The position numbers were made by a program, and so were the translations under genes. Below, one piece after another: positions 27,603-37,582 of a stretch of DNA of 64,000 nucleotides. A model generated the notes under the pieces. The model made no database searches, had not been told where the DNA came from, and saw only the letters and a program-made list of their open reading frames with translations. Origin of the DNA: an uncultured Clostridia bacterium (lineage in GTDB: Bacteria > Bacillota > Clostridia > TANB77 > CAG-508); NCBI GenBank assembly GCA_963558405.1, contig CAUWGC010000004.1, positions 26,395 through 90,394 of the forward strand, given 5' to 3'. Position 1 is the first letter of the stretch. Every line of letters starts with the position of its first letter.

Positions 27603-29129
27603 ATGATAAAAAATAGTTATATAATAGAAAAAATACCAACAGAGACAATTGAATATGCAATGAAGGATAGTAAGAGCATACCGAGAATAAGAACCTCAAA
27701 TACCATTGCTAATGGTATTATAGAAAGCGGTTTTTTTTATAAAAAATTAAACAGTGATAAATTTAGAAAATTATATAAAGGAAACTATATACAATTATGG
27801 AAAGACAATTATGAAATATTAAAAAATATTATTCCTTTAAACGATATTTATTGTATAGTGGAAAATGAGAGTGGAGATATATATGAATTTTCTAAAAGTA
27901 TATCGGAAAATAAATTTTTAAGTGGTGGAACAATTCAATCATGGAATGATTTAGAAAGATTATACTTAAAAATATTAAATTATATTAATAGAATTATTCA
28001 ATATCAAAAAACAAGTAAACAATTAATAGGAATAGAAACTGCAATATGGAATTTTACGATAGATGGTAAACTATTTGATTTAGATCCACCAAGATTTTTA
28101 AGAAATGAAGAAGATTCCTCTTTTACTAGAAAAGATGATATAAATCAATGTAAAAGAACAATTTATAGAAATTTTACTGAAATTGGAATGAAGACTAATT
28201 TATTAGCGACTGTTATAATAGGATTACAGGATGGTAATTTTTTTATACCAGATTTACCAAGTTATTGGCTTGACATACTTACACAGCATTTAATACAAAG
28301 TATTGAAGATAAAAATAGAAGACAAAATGTAGAAAGAATATTAAGAGGAAAAGGCAATTTTAAATCTAATTTTACAAAACATCCAATAGATATAATTTTA
28401 GAAGAAAAGAATAAAGAAATATTAGGAGGAATTAATATGGAAAAATATAATAAAGAACAACAATTTATATTTGTAACTGGTCCATCGGAGTCAGGAAAAA
28501 GTGGAGGAATTAATCATATTAAGGCAAAATACCAACAAGTAAAACATTTAAAAATACGAGATATATTTCCAGCAGTATATAGAGATTCAAAATGTAATTT
28601 AACATATGATGAATGGTATGATAATGAATCAAAAAATAACTTTGAAAGTTTTTGGGATAGATATATACAAAAAGCAAGAGAGATGAGTAATGGTGCGGAT
28701 GTAGTAATAATGGATACAATGTATGGAGTAAAAGAAATCCAATATTTGTACAAAAAATTACGACAAAATGTAGGAGTTTTATATATTGATGCTCCAGAAG
28801 AAGAAAGAATAAGGCGAGAATATCAGAGATTAAGAACAGACTCACCATATACTGATAGAAAGGCAGACCTTTCAATAACGATGGAACAAGTGGCTGAAAG
28901 AACTAGAAAAAAGGATGCAAAAAAGGAAAGATTGGAAACATTTGAATATAAAGACCTAGCGTATGAACAGGATGGAACAATTGTAGTAAGACCAAATGGA
29001 ATAAAATTTTCTAAAGTAATAAATAATAATGGAACAGTAGAAGAATTATATGAAAAATTAGATTTATATATAGAAAGTGAGATTTCTAAAGTAAAAAGTA
29101 GAAAAGAAAAAACACAGGAGGAAAGATAA
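27603..29129 (+). CDS. two-domain protein with a C-terminal P-loop small-molecule kinase domain (CPT/zeta-toxin-like)
   Basis: Walker A FVTGPSESGKSGGINHI and the downstream VIMDTMYG. The N-terminal ~280 aa are unassigned. Confidence 0.5.
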   Translation: MIKNSYIIEKIPTETIEYAMKDSKSIPRIRTSNTIANGIIESGFFYKKLNSDKFRKLYKGNYIQLWKDNYEILKNIIPLNDIYCIVENESGDIYEFSKSISENKFLSGGTIQSWNDLERLYLKILNYINRIIQYQKTSKQLIGIETAIWNFTIDGKLFDLDPPRFLRNEEDSSFTRKDDINQCKRTIYRNFTEIGMKTNLLATVIIGLQDGNFFIPDLPSYWLDILTQHLIQSIEDKNRRQNVERILRGKGNFKSNFTKHPIDIILEEKNKEILGGINMEKYNKEQQFIFVTGPSESGKSGGINHIKAKYQQVKHLKIRDIFPAVYRDSKCNLTYDEWYDNESKNNFESFWDRYIQKAREMSNGADVVIMDTMYGVKEIQYLYKKLRQNVGVLYIDAPEEERIRREYQRLRTDSPYTDRKADLSITMEQVAERTRKKDAKKERLETFEYKDLAYEQDGTIVVRPNGIKFSKVINNNGTVEELYEKLDLYIESEISKVKSRKEKTQEER

Positions 29130-29573
29130 ATGAAAAAAAATAGAGCTTCAGCAATAATTCCATATGAGGATGGTTTAATTGTTATTAGAAGAATAAAAGG
29201 AGATAATGAAAATAGAGAAGAATACTATACAATTCCTGGAGGAGGACAAGAAGAAGGAGAAAGTATAGAAGAAGCAACATTAAGAGAAATTCGAGAAGAA
29301 TTAGGTATAGAAGTAAAATTGACAGATAAATGTTATGAATTAGAAAGTCAAGGGAGAAAGCAGTATTTCTTTGTTGCTGAATATAAATCAGGAAAAATTG
29401 GAAGTGGAAAAGGTGAAGAAATGACTAATATTAATTATGAAAAATATGGAGCATATATTCCTGAGATAATATCAGTAAATAAAATAAAAAATATAAGATT
29501 ATTACCGAAAGAGATAAAAGATATAATAATATCTGATTTGAATGATATATTTAAAAAAGAGATATCGAGTTAA
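29130..29573 (+). CDS. NUDIX hydrolase
   Basis: Nudix box GGGQEEGESIEEATLREIREELGIE. Confidence 0.8.
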   Translation: MKKNRASAIIPYEDGLIVIRRIKGDNENREEYYTIPGGGQEEGESIEEATLREIREELGIEVKLTDKCYELESQGRKQYFFVAEYKSGKIGSGKGEEMTNINYEKYGAYIPEIISVNKIKNIRLLPKEIKDIIISDLNDIFKKEISS

Positions 29574-29587
29574 AGAAAGAGATATAT

Positions 29588-30517
29588 ATGAATATTTTTA
29601 TTTCAACATATAGTGATAAAAAGAATTTATACAAATGTAAATTAAATAAAAAGGGTGAAATATCTATTGTAAAGGAAATTCAAACGGAAGAATATTTATC
29701 TTATTTACATAGAAGAAATTCTGAGATTGCTGTAGCTTTAAAAAAGTCAAAAAATAGTAATAGAGCTGGAATTGCAGTATATAATACAGATTTAAAGTGT
29801 ATATATAAATATGATAATGAAAGCTCATATACTCATATTTTTATGAATAGGAAATATATGATAGCAGGAAGCTATCATAATGGTAATATACTTATAATAA
29901 ATAATAAAAATAAAGAACATATAGTTATTCCTTATAATAGCTCAAAAATACATAATGTAGGAAAATTTATAAAAAAATTATATTATGCTGTAGATATAGA
30001 AAATAGTAAAATTTATCTTTACACAATAAATAATACAAAATATGAATTGAAGAACACAATTAACTTGAATAAATTAGATAAACCTAGACATTTATTAGTA
30101 TATAAAAATCATATTTATATTTTATGTGAGAATACATCAAGAATCATAAATATGGAATATAAAAATAATACTGTTCATATAAAACAGGAATTAACAACAC
30201 TTAATAAAAATGAAAATATTATTAATATGGCTTCAGCGATACGAAGAGATAAAAGGTATATATTTGTCTCAAACAGAGGTGAAAATACCATTACAATATA
30301 TAAAATTAATAAATATGGATACCTAAAAAAAGTAAATTATTTTGATGTTAAAGGAAAAACACCGAGAGATTTTAATGTAGTAAAAAATGGAAAATATATA
30401 ATTATAGGAAATGAAGATACAAATGAAGTTGTAACATTTAAAATGAATTATAACAAAAGTATAATTTCATATATTAATAAAGTTACAATAGAAAAGCCAG
30501 TTTGTATAGAAAAATGA
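29588..30517 (+). CDS. hypothetical protein (beta-rich, possibly propeller-like)
   Basis: 309-aa ORF with no confident motif. Confidence 0.35.
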   Translation: MNIFISTYSDKKNLYKCKLNKKGEISIVKEIQTEEYLSYLHRRNSEIAVALKKSKNSNRAGIAVYNTDLKCIYKYDNESSYTHIFMNRKYMIAGSYHNGNILIINNKNKEHIVIPYNSSKIHNVGKFIKKLYYAVDIENSKIYLYTINNTKYELKNTINLNKLDKPRHLLVYKNHIYILCENTSRIINMEYKNNTVHIKQELTTLNKNENIINMASAIRRDKRYIFVSNRGENTITIYKINKYGYLKKVNYFDVKGKTPRDFNVVKNGKYIIIGNEDTNEVVTFKMNYNKSIISYINKVTIEKPVCIEK

Positions 30518-30525
30518 GGTGAAAT

Positions 30526-31092
30526 ATGGAAAACAAAATAATTTTAATACGACATGCTGAATGTGTTGGAAATATAAGTAATAGGCTATCTGGAATAACA
30601 GACTTTGAGTTGACTGATAATGGGAAAAGACAGGCACAAAAATTAGCAAAAGAATTGCGTAATAAAAATATAGATGTAATATATAGTAGTCCTTTAAGAA
30701 GAGCAATGGATACTGCAAAATACATTGCTAGAAATAATAATATTAAAATTATAAACAAAGATGAAAGATTAATTGAAATAAACTATGGGGTTTGTGACGG
30801 TATGTCTTGGAATAAAATAGATAATAAATATCCATTAGTAAGAAAGTTATGGAAAGAAATGTATAAATATCCAATATTAATTCCTGGACAAGAAGAATTT
30901 ATAGATGTTTCAAAAAGGATGAATGAAGCAATAAAAGATATATCAAATAAAAATCAAGGAAAGACTATATGTATTGTTTCTCATGGCATAGCAATACAAG
31001 CATTTGTGAGTTTTTATTATAATGACATAACAAAGAAAATAGGTGAAATTCAACAATTAAAAAATGCAGAATACATAGAATTTATAATATGA
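30526..31092 (+). CDS. histidine phosphatase family protein (PGAM-like)
   Basis: N-terminal IILIRHAECVGN (RHG motif) and RLSGITD. RBS gaggtgaaat. Confidence 0.7.
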   Translation: MENKIILIRHAECVGNISNRLSGITDFELTDNGKRQAQKLAKELRNKNIDVIYSSPLRRAMDTAKYIARNNNIKIINKDERLIEINYGVCDGMSWNKIDNKYPLVRKLWKEMYKYPILIPGQEEFIDVSKRMNEAIKDISNKNQGKTICIVSHGIAIQAFVSFYYNDITKKIGEIQQLKNAEYIEFII

Positions 31093-31127
31093 ATAGAAAA
31101 GATATAGGAGAAGGAGTGAATAATATC

Positions 31128-31661
31128 ATGTATAATCGAATTTCTATTGTTGGTGGATCTGGTAGCGGTAAAAGTACATTATGCAATATTTTATCAAAAG
31201 AGTTAAATCTCCCAGCAATACATTTAGATGCCATTAATTATGAACCTAATTGGGTTGAAATAGATAAAGCAGAAAGAGATAAAATAATATCTGATAAATC
31301 AAATGAAGATAAATGGATTATAGATGGAAATTACAATAAAACACTTAAGGAACGTTTTGATAAAGCTGACTTGATAATTTGGCTAGACTACTCAACATTT
31401 ATGCATTTAAAAGGTGTTTTTAAAAGATATTTTCAAATGCGTAATAGCGAAAGACCGGAAATACCTGGTTGTAAAGAACGAATAGATTTCACATTTATAA
31501 AATATGTTGCTACATATAATAAAAAGAAAAGACCTATAATTGCAGATTATTTAAAAGATATACCAAAAGATAAAGTTTTAATATTTAAAAAACAAAAAGA
31601 TTTAAATGTGTGGCTTAAAGAATTTACACACAATGACAATATTTTAGATAATATAAAGTAA
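31128..31661 (+). CDS. P-loop kinase of the topology-modulation (FlaR-like) / adenylate-kinase-like family
   Basis: ISIVGGSGSGKSTL ... IHLDA ... WIIDGNY matches the FlaR-like pattern. RBS ggagaaggagtg precedes ATG 31128. The track ORF starts at 31089. Confidence 0.6.
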   Translation: MYNRISIVGGSGSGKSTLCNILSKELNLPAIHLDAINYEPNWVEIDKAERDKIISDKSNEDKWIIDGNYNKTLKERFDKADLIIWLDYSTFMHLKGVFKRYFQMRNSERPEIPGCKERIDFTFIKYVATYNKKKRPIIADYLKDIPKDKVLIFKKQKDLNVWLKEFTHNDNILDNIK

Positions 31662-31699
31662 AATGATAAGTAAAAGCAATATTAAGGAATATAAAATTT

Positions 31700-32282
31700 A
31701 TGAATAATATGAAAAAATACTATAAAAATACAGAAAATGCACTACCTAATATAATAATAAGGAAATTTATAGAAATGAAGATAAAACCATCAAATGCTAT
31801 TGACTTAGGATGTGGAGCCGGCAGAGATACAATATATTTAATAAAAAATGGTTGGAATGTTTTATCAATAGATAAAGAAGATACAGGAAAATTTATATCT
31901 AGTAAGCTAAATGAAGAAGAGATAAAAAGATTTAGATTTGTTAGACAAGATTTTGAGAATATTGAATTAGAAAAAAATAATTTATTAGTTGCTAATTTTA
32001 GTATTCCTTTTTGTAAAAAAGATTGTTTTAATGAACTTTGGAATAAAATAACAAACAGTATTTTAAAAGAACGGATACTTTGTGGGAAATTTTTTTGGAT
32101 TAAACGATTCATGGGCAGAAATAAAAGAACAAATGGTATTTTTATCTAAAGTGCAAGTATTAGATTTATTTAAAGATTTATTTGAAATAATAGAATTTAA
32201 TGAAATCGAGAAAGATGGAAAAACAGGATTAGGAAAAATGAAACATTGGAATATATATAATTTTATAGCAAAGAAAAAATAA
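31700..32282 (+). pseudogene. class I SAM-dependent methyltransferase disrupted by a frameshift at a T7 run (~32086-32092)
   Basis: Motif I (AIDLGCGAGRDT) and the post-I acidic residue (LSIDKED) lie in the 31700 frame. The C-terminal MTase-like sequence (FFGLNDSWA...) continues in the 32082 frame. Confidence 0.5.
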
Positions 32283-32297
32283 TGAGGGGAGAATGAA

Positions 32298-32771
32298 ATG
32301 GATTTAACTTTAGATGTTGAAGATTATAAACTAAATATAAGAACTGGAGGAATAATTATACACAATAATAAAGTATTGGCTCATAAAAATATACACAAAG
32401 ATCATTATTGTTTGCCAGGAGGCAGAGTAGAAATAGGAGAGAGTTCAGAAAAAACTATAAAAAGAGAAATAAAAGAGGAATTAGGAAAACAAATAGAGAT
32501 AATAGGATATGTAGCAACAATTGAAAATTTTTTTGAAATGGAAAATAAGAAATATCATGAAATATATTTTTTACATAGTATAGAGTTTGAAAATGAAGAA
32601 GATAAAAAAATAGAGTATACTATGAAGAATAAAGAAGGAAAAGAATATTTGCAATATGAATGGTTAGATTTAGATAAAATAGAAGAATATAATATTTTAC
32701 CGAAATGTGTAAATCAGATATTAAAAGAGAATAAATTTCCAATACATAAGATTAATAATGATTTGAATTAA
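32298..32771 (+). CDS. NUDIX hydrolase
   Basis: Nudix box LPGGRVEIGESSEKTIKREIKEELG. Confidence 0.75.
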   Translation: MDLTLDVEDYKLNIRTGGIIIHNNKVLAHKNIHKDHYCLPGGRVEIGESSEKTIKREIKEELGKQIEIIGYVATIENFFEMENKKYHEIYFLHSIEFENEEDKKIEYTMKNKEGKEYLQYEWLDLDKIEEYNILPKCVNQILKENKFPIHKINNDLN

Positions 32772-32795
32772 AATATAGTTATAAATGGAGATAAT

Positions 32796-33257
32796 ATGTT
32801 AAAAATATATAATTTAAAAGATAGACAAGAATACATTGAAGAAGTTGCAATACTCACTCAAAAAGAATGGGGCAAAAGCAATTTGAGTGAGAAAGAATTA
32901 AAAAATAAAATTTTAAAAAAGATAGAGAAAATAAAAGGATTATTTAATGATAAATATTATTGCAAACTGATATTATTGGACAATAATGAGTTAATAGGAT
33001 TTATATCTATATTTCCAAGTGATGGAAATGAAAGAAAAGATTTATTACCATGGTATGCAACAATGTATGTTAAAGAAGAATATAGAGGGAAAGGGTATTC
33101 AAAAATACTAAATAATGCGATTTTAGAAGAGGCAAGAAAAAGAAATATAAAAAAATTATATTTGAAAACAGAATTAGAAAATTATTATGAAAAGTTTGGA
33201 GCTCAATATTTAGAAAATATAAATGAAAAAGAAAAGTTATATTACTTCGATATATAA
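32796..33257 (+). CDS. GNAT family N-acetyltransferase
   Basis: Motif A region VKEEYRGKGYSKILNNAILEEAR. Confidence 0.65.
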   Translation: MLKIYNLKDRQEYIEEVAILTQKEWGKSNLSEKELKNKILKKIEKIKGLFNDKYYCKLILLDNNELIGFISIFPSDGNERKDLLPWYATMYVKEEYRGKGYSKILNNAILEEARKRNIKKLYLKTELENYYEKFGAQYLENINEKEKLYYFDI

Positions 33258-33282
33258 AAAATAAAGAGTGGAGTTGTTGAGA

Positions 33283-33912
33283 ATGAAAGAAACTATAATT
33301 TATTTAATTAGACATGCTGAAACTGTTGATGAAAATGGAATTAGAAATACCAATGAAGATTCTCAAATGATTAATGAAAAAGAAATATTATCTGTAGAAG
33401 GAGAAGAACAAGCTAAAAGACTAAGCGAGAATGTTGAGTTAAATAATATTGATATTATTTGGTCAAGTAGTTATACAAGAGCAAAGGCTACTGCAAAATA
33501 TATTGCTAATACTAATAATTTACCAATTAATTTAGATAGTAACTTAAGTGAAAGAAAACTAGGAAATTTAAAAGAATTGGGTGAATTTATGAAAGATAAA
33601 AAAACAAGGGATCCTTCGCAAGAACAATTATTAGATAGAGAATTTAAAACTTCTAATGGAGAGAGTGCTGAAGAAACAAGACAAAGAATGAATAAATTCT
33701 TTAATAAAATTCTTAAAGAATACGAAGGAAAAAGAATTGCAGTAATTAGTCATGGAGGCTCAATAAAGTTCTTTTTATTAAATTGGTGTATAGTAAATGA
33801 AAATGTTAAACTTGTCTATAACGAAAATACAATATTAAGCATAAAATCACCATGTTTATTAAAATTAACTTTTAGAAAAAATGAATTGATTAATTTACAA
33901 CAAATAGACTAA
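33283..33912 (+). CDS. histidine phosphatase family protein (PGAM-like)
   Basis: IYLIRHAET RHG motif. The later SHGG matches the second catalytic His region. The ATG at 33283 has RBS agagtggag. The track start 33268 is a GTG. Confidence 0.65.
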   Translation: MKETIIYLIRHAETVDENGIRNTNEDSQMINEKEILSVEGEEQAKRLSENVELNNIDIIWSSSYTRAKATAKYIANTNNLPINLDSNLSERKLGNLKELGEFMKDKKTRDPSQEQLLDREFKTSNGESAEETRQRMNKFFNKILKEYEGKRIAVISHGGSIKFFLLNWCIVNENVKLVYNENTILSIKSPCLLKLTFRKNELINLQQID

Positions 33913-34076
33913 TAAAAAAGAAAAGACATGTAATTGTTAAAATTCTAAAGGATATTCTCAAAGGTGAAGTTTTGAAGTTTAAGAAATAAAAGAGCCTAAA
34001 CAAGTAGCTTAAAGAATGAAAACATATTAGATAGTCTAAAATAAAAAATAAGATATTTAAGTTTAAGAAAGTACAA

Positions 34077-34106
34077 TAAAATACTTTCTTTTTTTATGCT
34101 TAAAAA
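34077..34106 (+). terminator. rho-independent terminator ending the cargo operon
   Basis: Stem agaaagta/tactttct followed by a T6 run. Confidence 0.6.
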
Positions 34107-34116
34107 GAAAAAAATT

Positions 34117-34168
34117 AAAAAATTTTGGGAAAATAGCACATTTCATTTCGCCATTTATTTATAGAATA
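34117..34168 (+). repeat. internal direct repeat copy 2 (aaaaaattttgggaaaatagcacatttcatttcgccatttatttatagaata)
   Basis: See copy 1. Identical over ttttgggaaaatagcacatttcatttcgcc. Confidence 0.7.
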
Positions 34169-34496
34169 ACAAAAGTCTTATTAAACATTAAAGATAAAAA
34201 ATTATTAGTAATAATTTTTAAAACACACTAATATTTTTAATTGGGAGTGAAATTAAATGGAAAATGTAAAAGAAACCTATACCGTTGATGGTAAAGATTA
34301 TACTGTTATAACTCGGTACAAAAGAAAATGCTAATAGTGATGAAATATATAATATTTTAGTCAGATATGCACTAGAAAAAATTGATGAATATGTAAAATA
34401 ATAACTATTCTGTAGGTTAGCATTTTATAAAATTTTTTTGTATAATCAAAATAGCTGTTTAAGATTAGTTGTTATTCGGAAAGGAGGACAACTAAT

Positions 34497-36065
34497 ATGC
34501 AAAATTCAATATATAAAGTAGCAGGATATTTAAGATTATCAAGAGAGGATGGCGATAAAGAAGAAAGTGATAGTATAGGAAGTCAAAGAAGTATAATTAC
34601 TCATAAATTAGAAGAATTAGGAGAAGAATTTGAGTTAATTGATTTTTATATTGATGATGGTTACACAGGACTAAATACTGACAGACCAGCATTTCAAAAA
34701 ATGCTAGAAGATACCCAAAAAGGTTTAATAAATTCTATAATAACAAAAGATTTATCAAGATTGTCAAGAAATAGTTTTGAAGCAAACTATTTTATTGAAA
34801 AATACTTTTTGGAAAATAATATTAGATATATATCAGTACTGGACAATGTAGATACATATATTAAAAATTCTAATAATGATATGATACAATTTAAAACTCT
34901 AATAAATGATTGGTATAGTAAAGACATATCAAAAAAAGTTAGAAGCGGAGTATGGGCTAGAAAAGAAAAAGGATTATACTTAGCTGCAATAGCTCCTTAT
35001 GGATATATTAAAGACCCTAAAAATAAAAATCATCTCATGATTGAGCCTGAAAGAGCATTAGTAGTAAAAAGAATTTTTAATATGTTTGATAATGGGATTT
35101 CAATAGCAGAAATAGCTAAAAAATTAAAAGAAGAAAAAATATATTGCCCAGGATATTACGATTATGGTGGCTCAAGAAGTGGAGATGACTATAAGTGGAG
35201 AACAGATAGCATAAAAAGAATTTTGAAAAGTCAAGTATATATAGGAAATACTGAATATGGAAAGAAAATGAATTTAAGCTATAAATCCAAAAAAGTTAAA
35301 AATATTCCAAGAGAAGATTGGAAAATAGTACTAAATACACACGAGGCAATTATAGACAAAGAAATTTTTAATAGAGTTCAAGCAAAAATAAACTTAAATA
35401 AAAAAGTAAGGCATAAAAAATTCAATTGGATGTTAAATGGTTTAGTATTTTGCAAAGAGTGTGGAAATAAAATGGTACTTAAAATTAAAAGAGATAAGAA
35501 TGGGAATATTACAAATAAAATAATTGTATGTGCTAGTTCCATGAATTCAAGAAAAAATGCTGAATGTGAAAGAAAAAGTAAATCTATAAAAGAAGAAGTA
35601 TTAAAAAAGATAGTTGTACAAAGTGTAAATAAGAAAATTAATCATATTATTAATAATCAAAAACTTGAAGAAATAACAATGAGAGAATATAAAAATAAGA
35701 CAACGGAAGTTTTAGATAAAGCTATTAAAAGTATAGAAGACAAATTATTAAAAACAGAAAAGACAATAAACTCTTTATATGAAGATTATACGAATGGCAT
35801 TATTGAGGAAGAGGACTATAGAAGATTTTATAAAAGTGATGTGGAAAGAAGAAATACATTAAAATCAGAAATTAATAACTTACTAAAACAAAAAGAAGAA
35901 AAAGGGGCAATAACTAAAGAAGAATTAGTTACAATTATTTCAAAGTTATCAAATATAGAAGAATGGACATCAGAAAAATTATCTGAACTTATATATAATA
36001 TTGAAATAGATAAACAAAACAATATTTATATAAATTATAGATATGATGTAATAGGTAAATTATAA
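34497..36065 (+). CDS. large serine recombinase (CcrA/SpoIVCA/TndX family), first of a tandem pair
   Basis: N-terminal resolvase catalytic domain YLRLSREDGD...SQR. Recombinase domain. Zinc ribbon CKECGNK...CASS...C. C-terminal coiled coil. RBS aaggagga. Confidence 0.9.
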   Translation: MQNSIYKVAGYLRLSREDGDKEESDSIGSQRSIITHKLEELGEEFELIDFYIDDGYTGLNTDRPAFQKMLEDTQKGLINSIITKDLSRLSRNSFEANYFIEKYFLENNIRYISVLDNVDTYIKNSNNDMIQFKTLINDWYSKDISKKVRSGVWARKEKGLYLAAIAPYGYIKDPKNKNHLMIEPERALVVKRIFNMFDNGISIAEIAKKLKEEKIYCPGYYDYGGSRSGDDYKWRTDSIKRILKSQVYIGNTEYGKKMNLSYKSKKVKNIPREDWKIVLNTHEAIIDKEIFNRVQAKINLNKKVRHKKFNWMLNGLVFCKECGNKMVLKIKRDKNGNITNKIIVCASSMNSRKNAECERKSKSIKEEVLKKIVVQSVNKKINHIINNQKLEEITMREYKNKTTEVLDKAIKSIEDKLLKTEKTINSLYEDYTNGIIEEEDYRRFYKSDVERRNTLKSEINNLLKQKEEKGAITKEELVTIISKLSNIEEWTSEKLSELIYNIEIDKQNNIYINYRYDVIGKL

Positions 36066-37582
36066 TGAGAATATACAAAGCGGGAATTTATTTAAGATTA
36101 TCTAAAGAAGATGATAATCCTAATAATAGCATAGTAGCACAAAGAGATATAACATTAAATTATGCTAAAAAGAACAATTTTGATGTTGTAAAAGAATACA
36201 TAGACAATGGATGGTCAGGAATATTAGATTCAAGACCTGCATTTAATGAAATGATTGTAGATATTTTAAGAAAAAATATAAACATGGTAATTGTTAAAGA
36301 TTTATCAAGACTGACAAGAGATAAAAATAAAACTGGATATTACACAGAAATATTTTTTCCAGATAATGATATAAGGTTTATTTCTGTTAATGATTATATT
36401 GATAGTGGAGAAAGATATGAAATAGACGATACTATAATGCTTCGTGGTATTGTAAATCAATCGTATTTACAGGATATTTCTAAAAAAATAAAGTCGGTAA
36501 TAAAAGATATGAAACAACAAGGAAAATATGTTCAAAACTATACTCCGTATGGATATAAAAAAAGTGAAGATGATAAATATAAAATAGTTGTTGATGAAAA
36601 AGTAGCTAGCAATATAAAAATGATTTTTAATATGTATTTAAAAGGTTATTCGCAAGGTCAAATTGCAAAAGAGCTAACAAAAAGAAAAATAGATACACCA
36701 AAAAAATATAAAGGGCAAAAGGTAGCTATAAACGAATGGAGAAATGATAGTATAAGTAGAATTTTAAAAGATCCAACATATACAGGAGCATTGATATTAA
36801 ATAAATATGAGTCAGATTATCTAACTAAAAAAGTGAAAAAGACACCTAGAGAAGAATGGATATTAAAAGAGAACACACATGATGCAATTGTAGACAAAGA
36901 AACATTTGAAGAAGTACAAAAAATGTTAGAAAAAAAATTTTATAAGCCTAAAAGAAAATATGAATATTTTTTAAAAGATTTGGTGTATTGTGGACATTGT
37001 GGTGCAAGAATGCAATATAAAAACAGAAAAAGAACAGAAGTACATAATAAAAAAATAGAAAATCCTGAAGAATGTTGGTATTATAAATGCAGAATGATTT
37101 ACAAATTTCCAACTATATGTGATAAAGGGCATACTATTTCAGAAAAGGTTTTAAATGAAATTGTAATTAAGTCTATACGTGAAAAAATAAAGAATATAAA
37201 AATTGATAATGAAAAAAATAAAATAGTAGATGAATATAGAAAAAGTGATGAAAAGTATAAAGAACTAATAAAAAATCAAAATTTAAAGTTGAAAATTGAA
37301 AATGATATTAAAAATTTATATAACAAAAAGTTAGAAAAAAATATCGATATAAATGAGTTTAAAGAAAAGTATCAAATATTAAAGCAAAGAGAAAAAGAAA
37401 TTTTAGCAGAGCTAGAAATACTAGAAGAAATAAATAAAAATAGATTATCTGATGAGAATTTAGTAAAAATATTAAAAGATTTTAAGTCAGCAAAAGATTT
37501 TGATAATGAAATAATGAAAAAATTAATAAAAAGAATAGAAGTATATGAAGATAAAACAGTAAAAATTATCTTCAATTTTTAA
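36065..37582 (+). CDS. large serine recombinase, second of the tandem pair
   Basis: YLRLSKEDDN...AQR catalytic domain. Zinc ribbon CGHCGAR...CWYYKC. Coiled-coil tail. The start overlaps the upstream stop (taATGa). Confidence 0.9.
   Translation: MRIYKAGIYLRLSKEDDNPNNSIVAQRDITLNYAKKNNFDVVKEYIDNGWSGILDSRPAFNEMIVDILRKNINMVIVKDLSRLTRDKNKTGYYTEIFFPDNDIRFISVNDYIDSGERYEIDDTIMLRGIVNQSYLQDISKKIKSVIKDMKQQGKYVQNYTPYGYKKSEDDKYKIVVDEKVASNIKMIFNMYLKGYSQGQIAKELTKRKIDTPKKYKGQKVAINEWRNDSISRILKDPTYTGALILNKYESDYLTKKVKKTPREEWILKENTHDAIVDKETFEEVQKMLEKKFYKPKRKYEYFLKDLVYCGHCGARMQYKNRKRTEVHNKKIENPEECWYYKCRMIYKFPTICDKGHTISEKVLNEIVIKSIREKIKNIKIDNEKNKIVDEYRKSDEKYKELIKNQNLKLKIENDIKNLYNKKLEKNIDINEFKEKYQILKQREKEILAELEILEEINKNRLSDENLVKILKDFKSAKDFDNEIMKKLIKRIEVYEDKTVKIIFNF

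Noticed and set aside
34257-34334. 25-codon ORF (MENVKETYTVDGKDYTVITRYKRKC) with RBS between internal repeat 2 and the recombinases
   Set aside because: It is too short and featureless to call a gene. It is kept only as a note inside the composite-structure finding.
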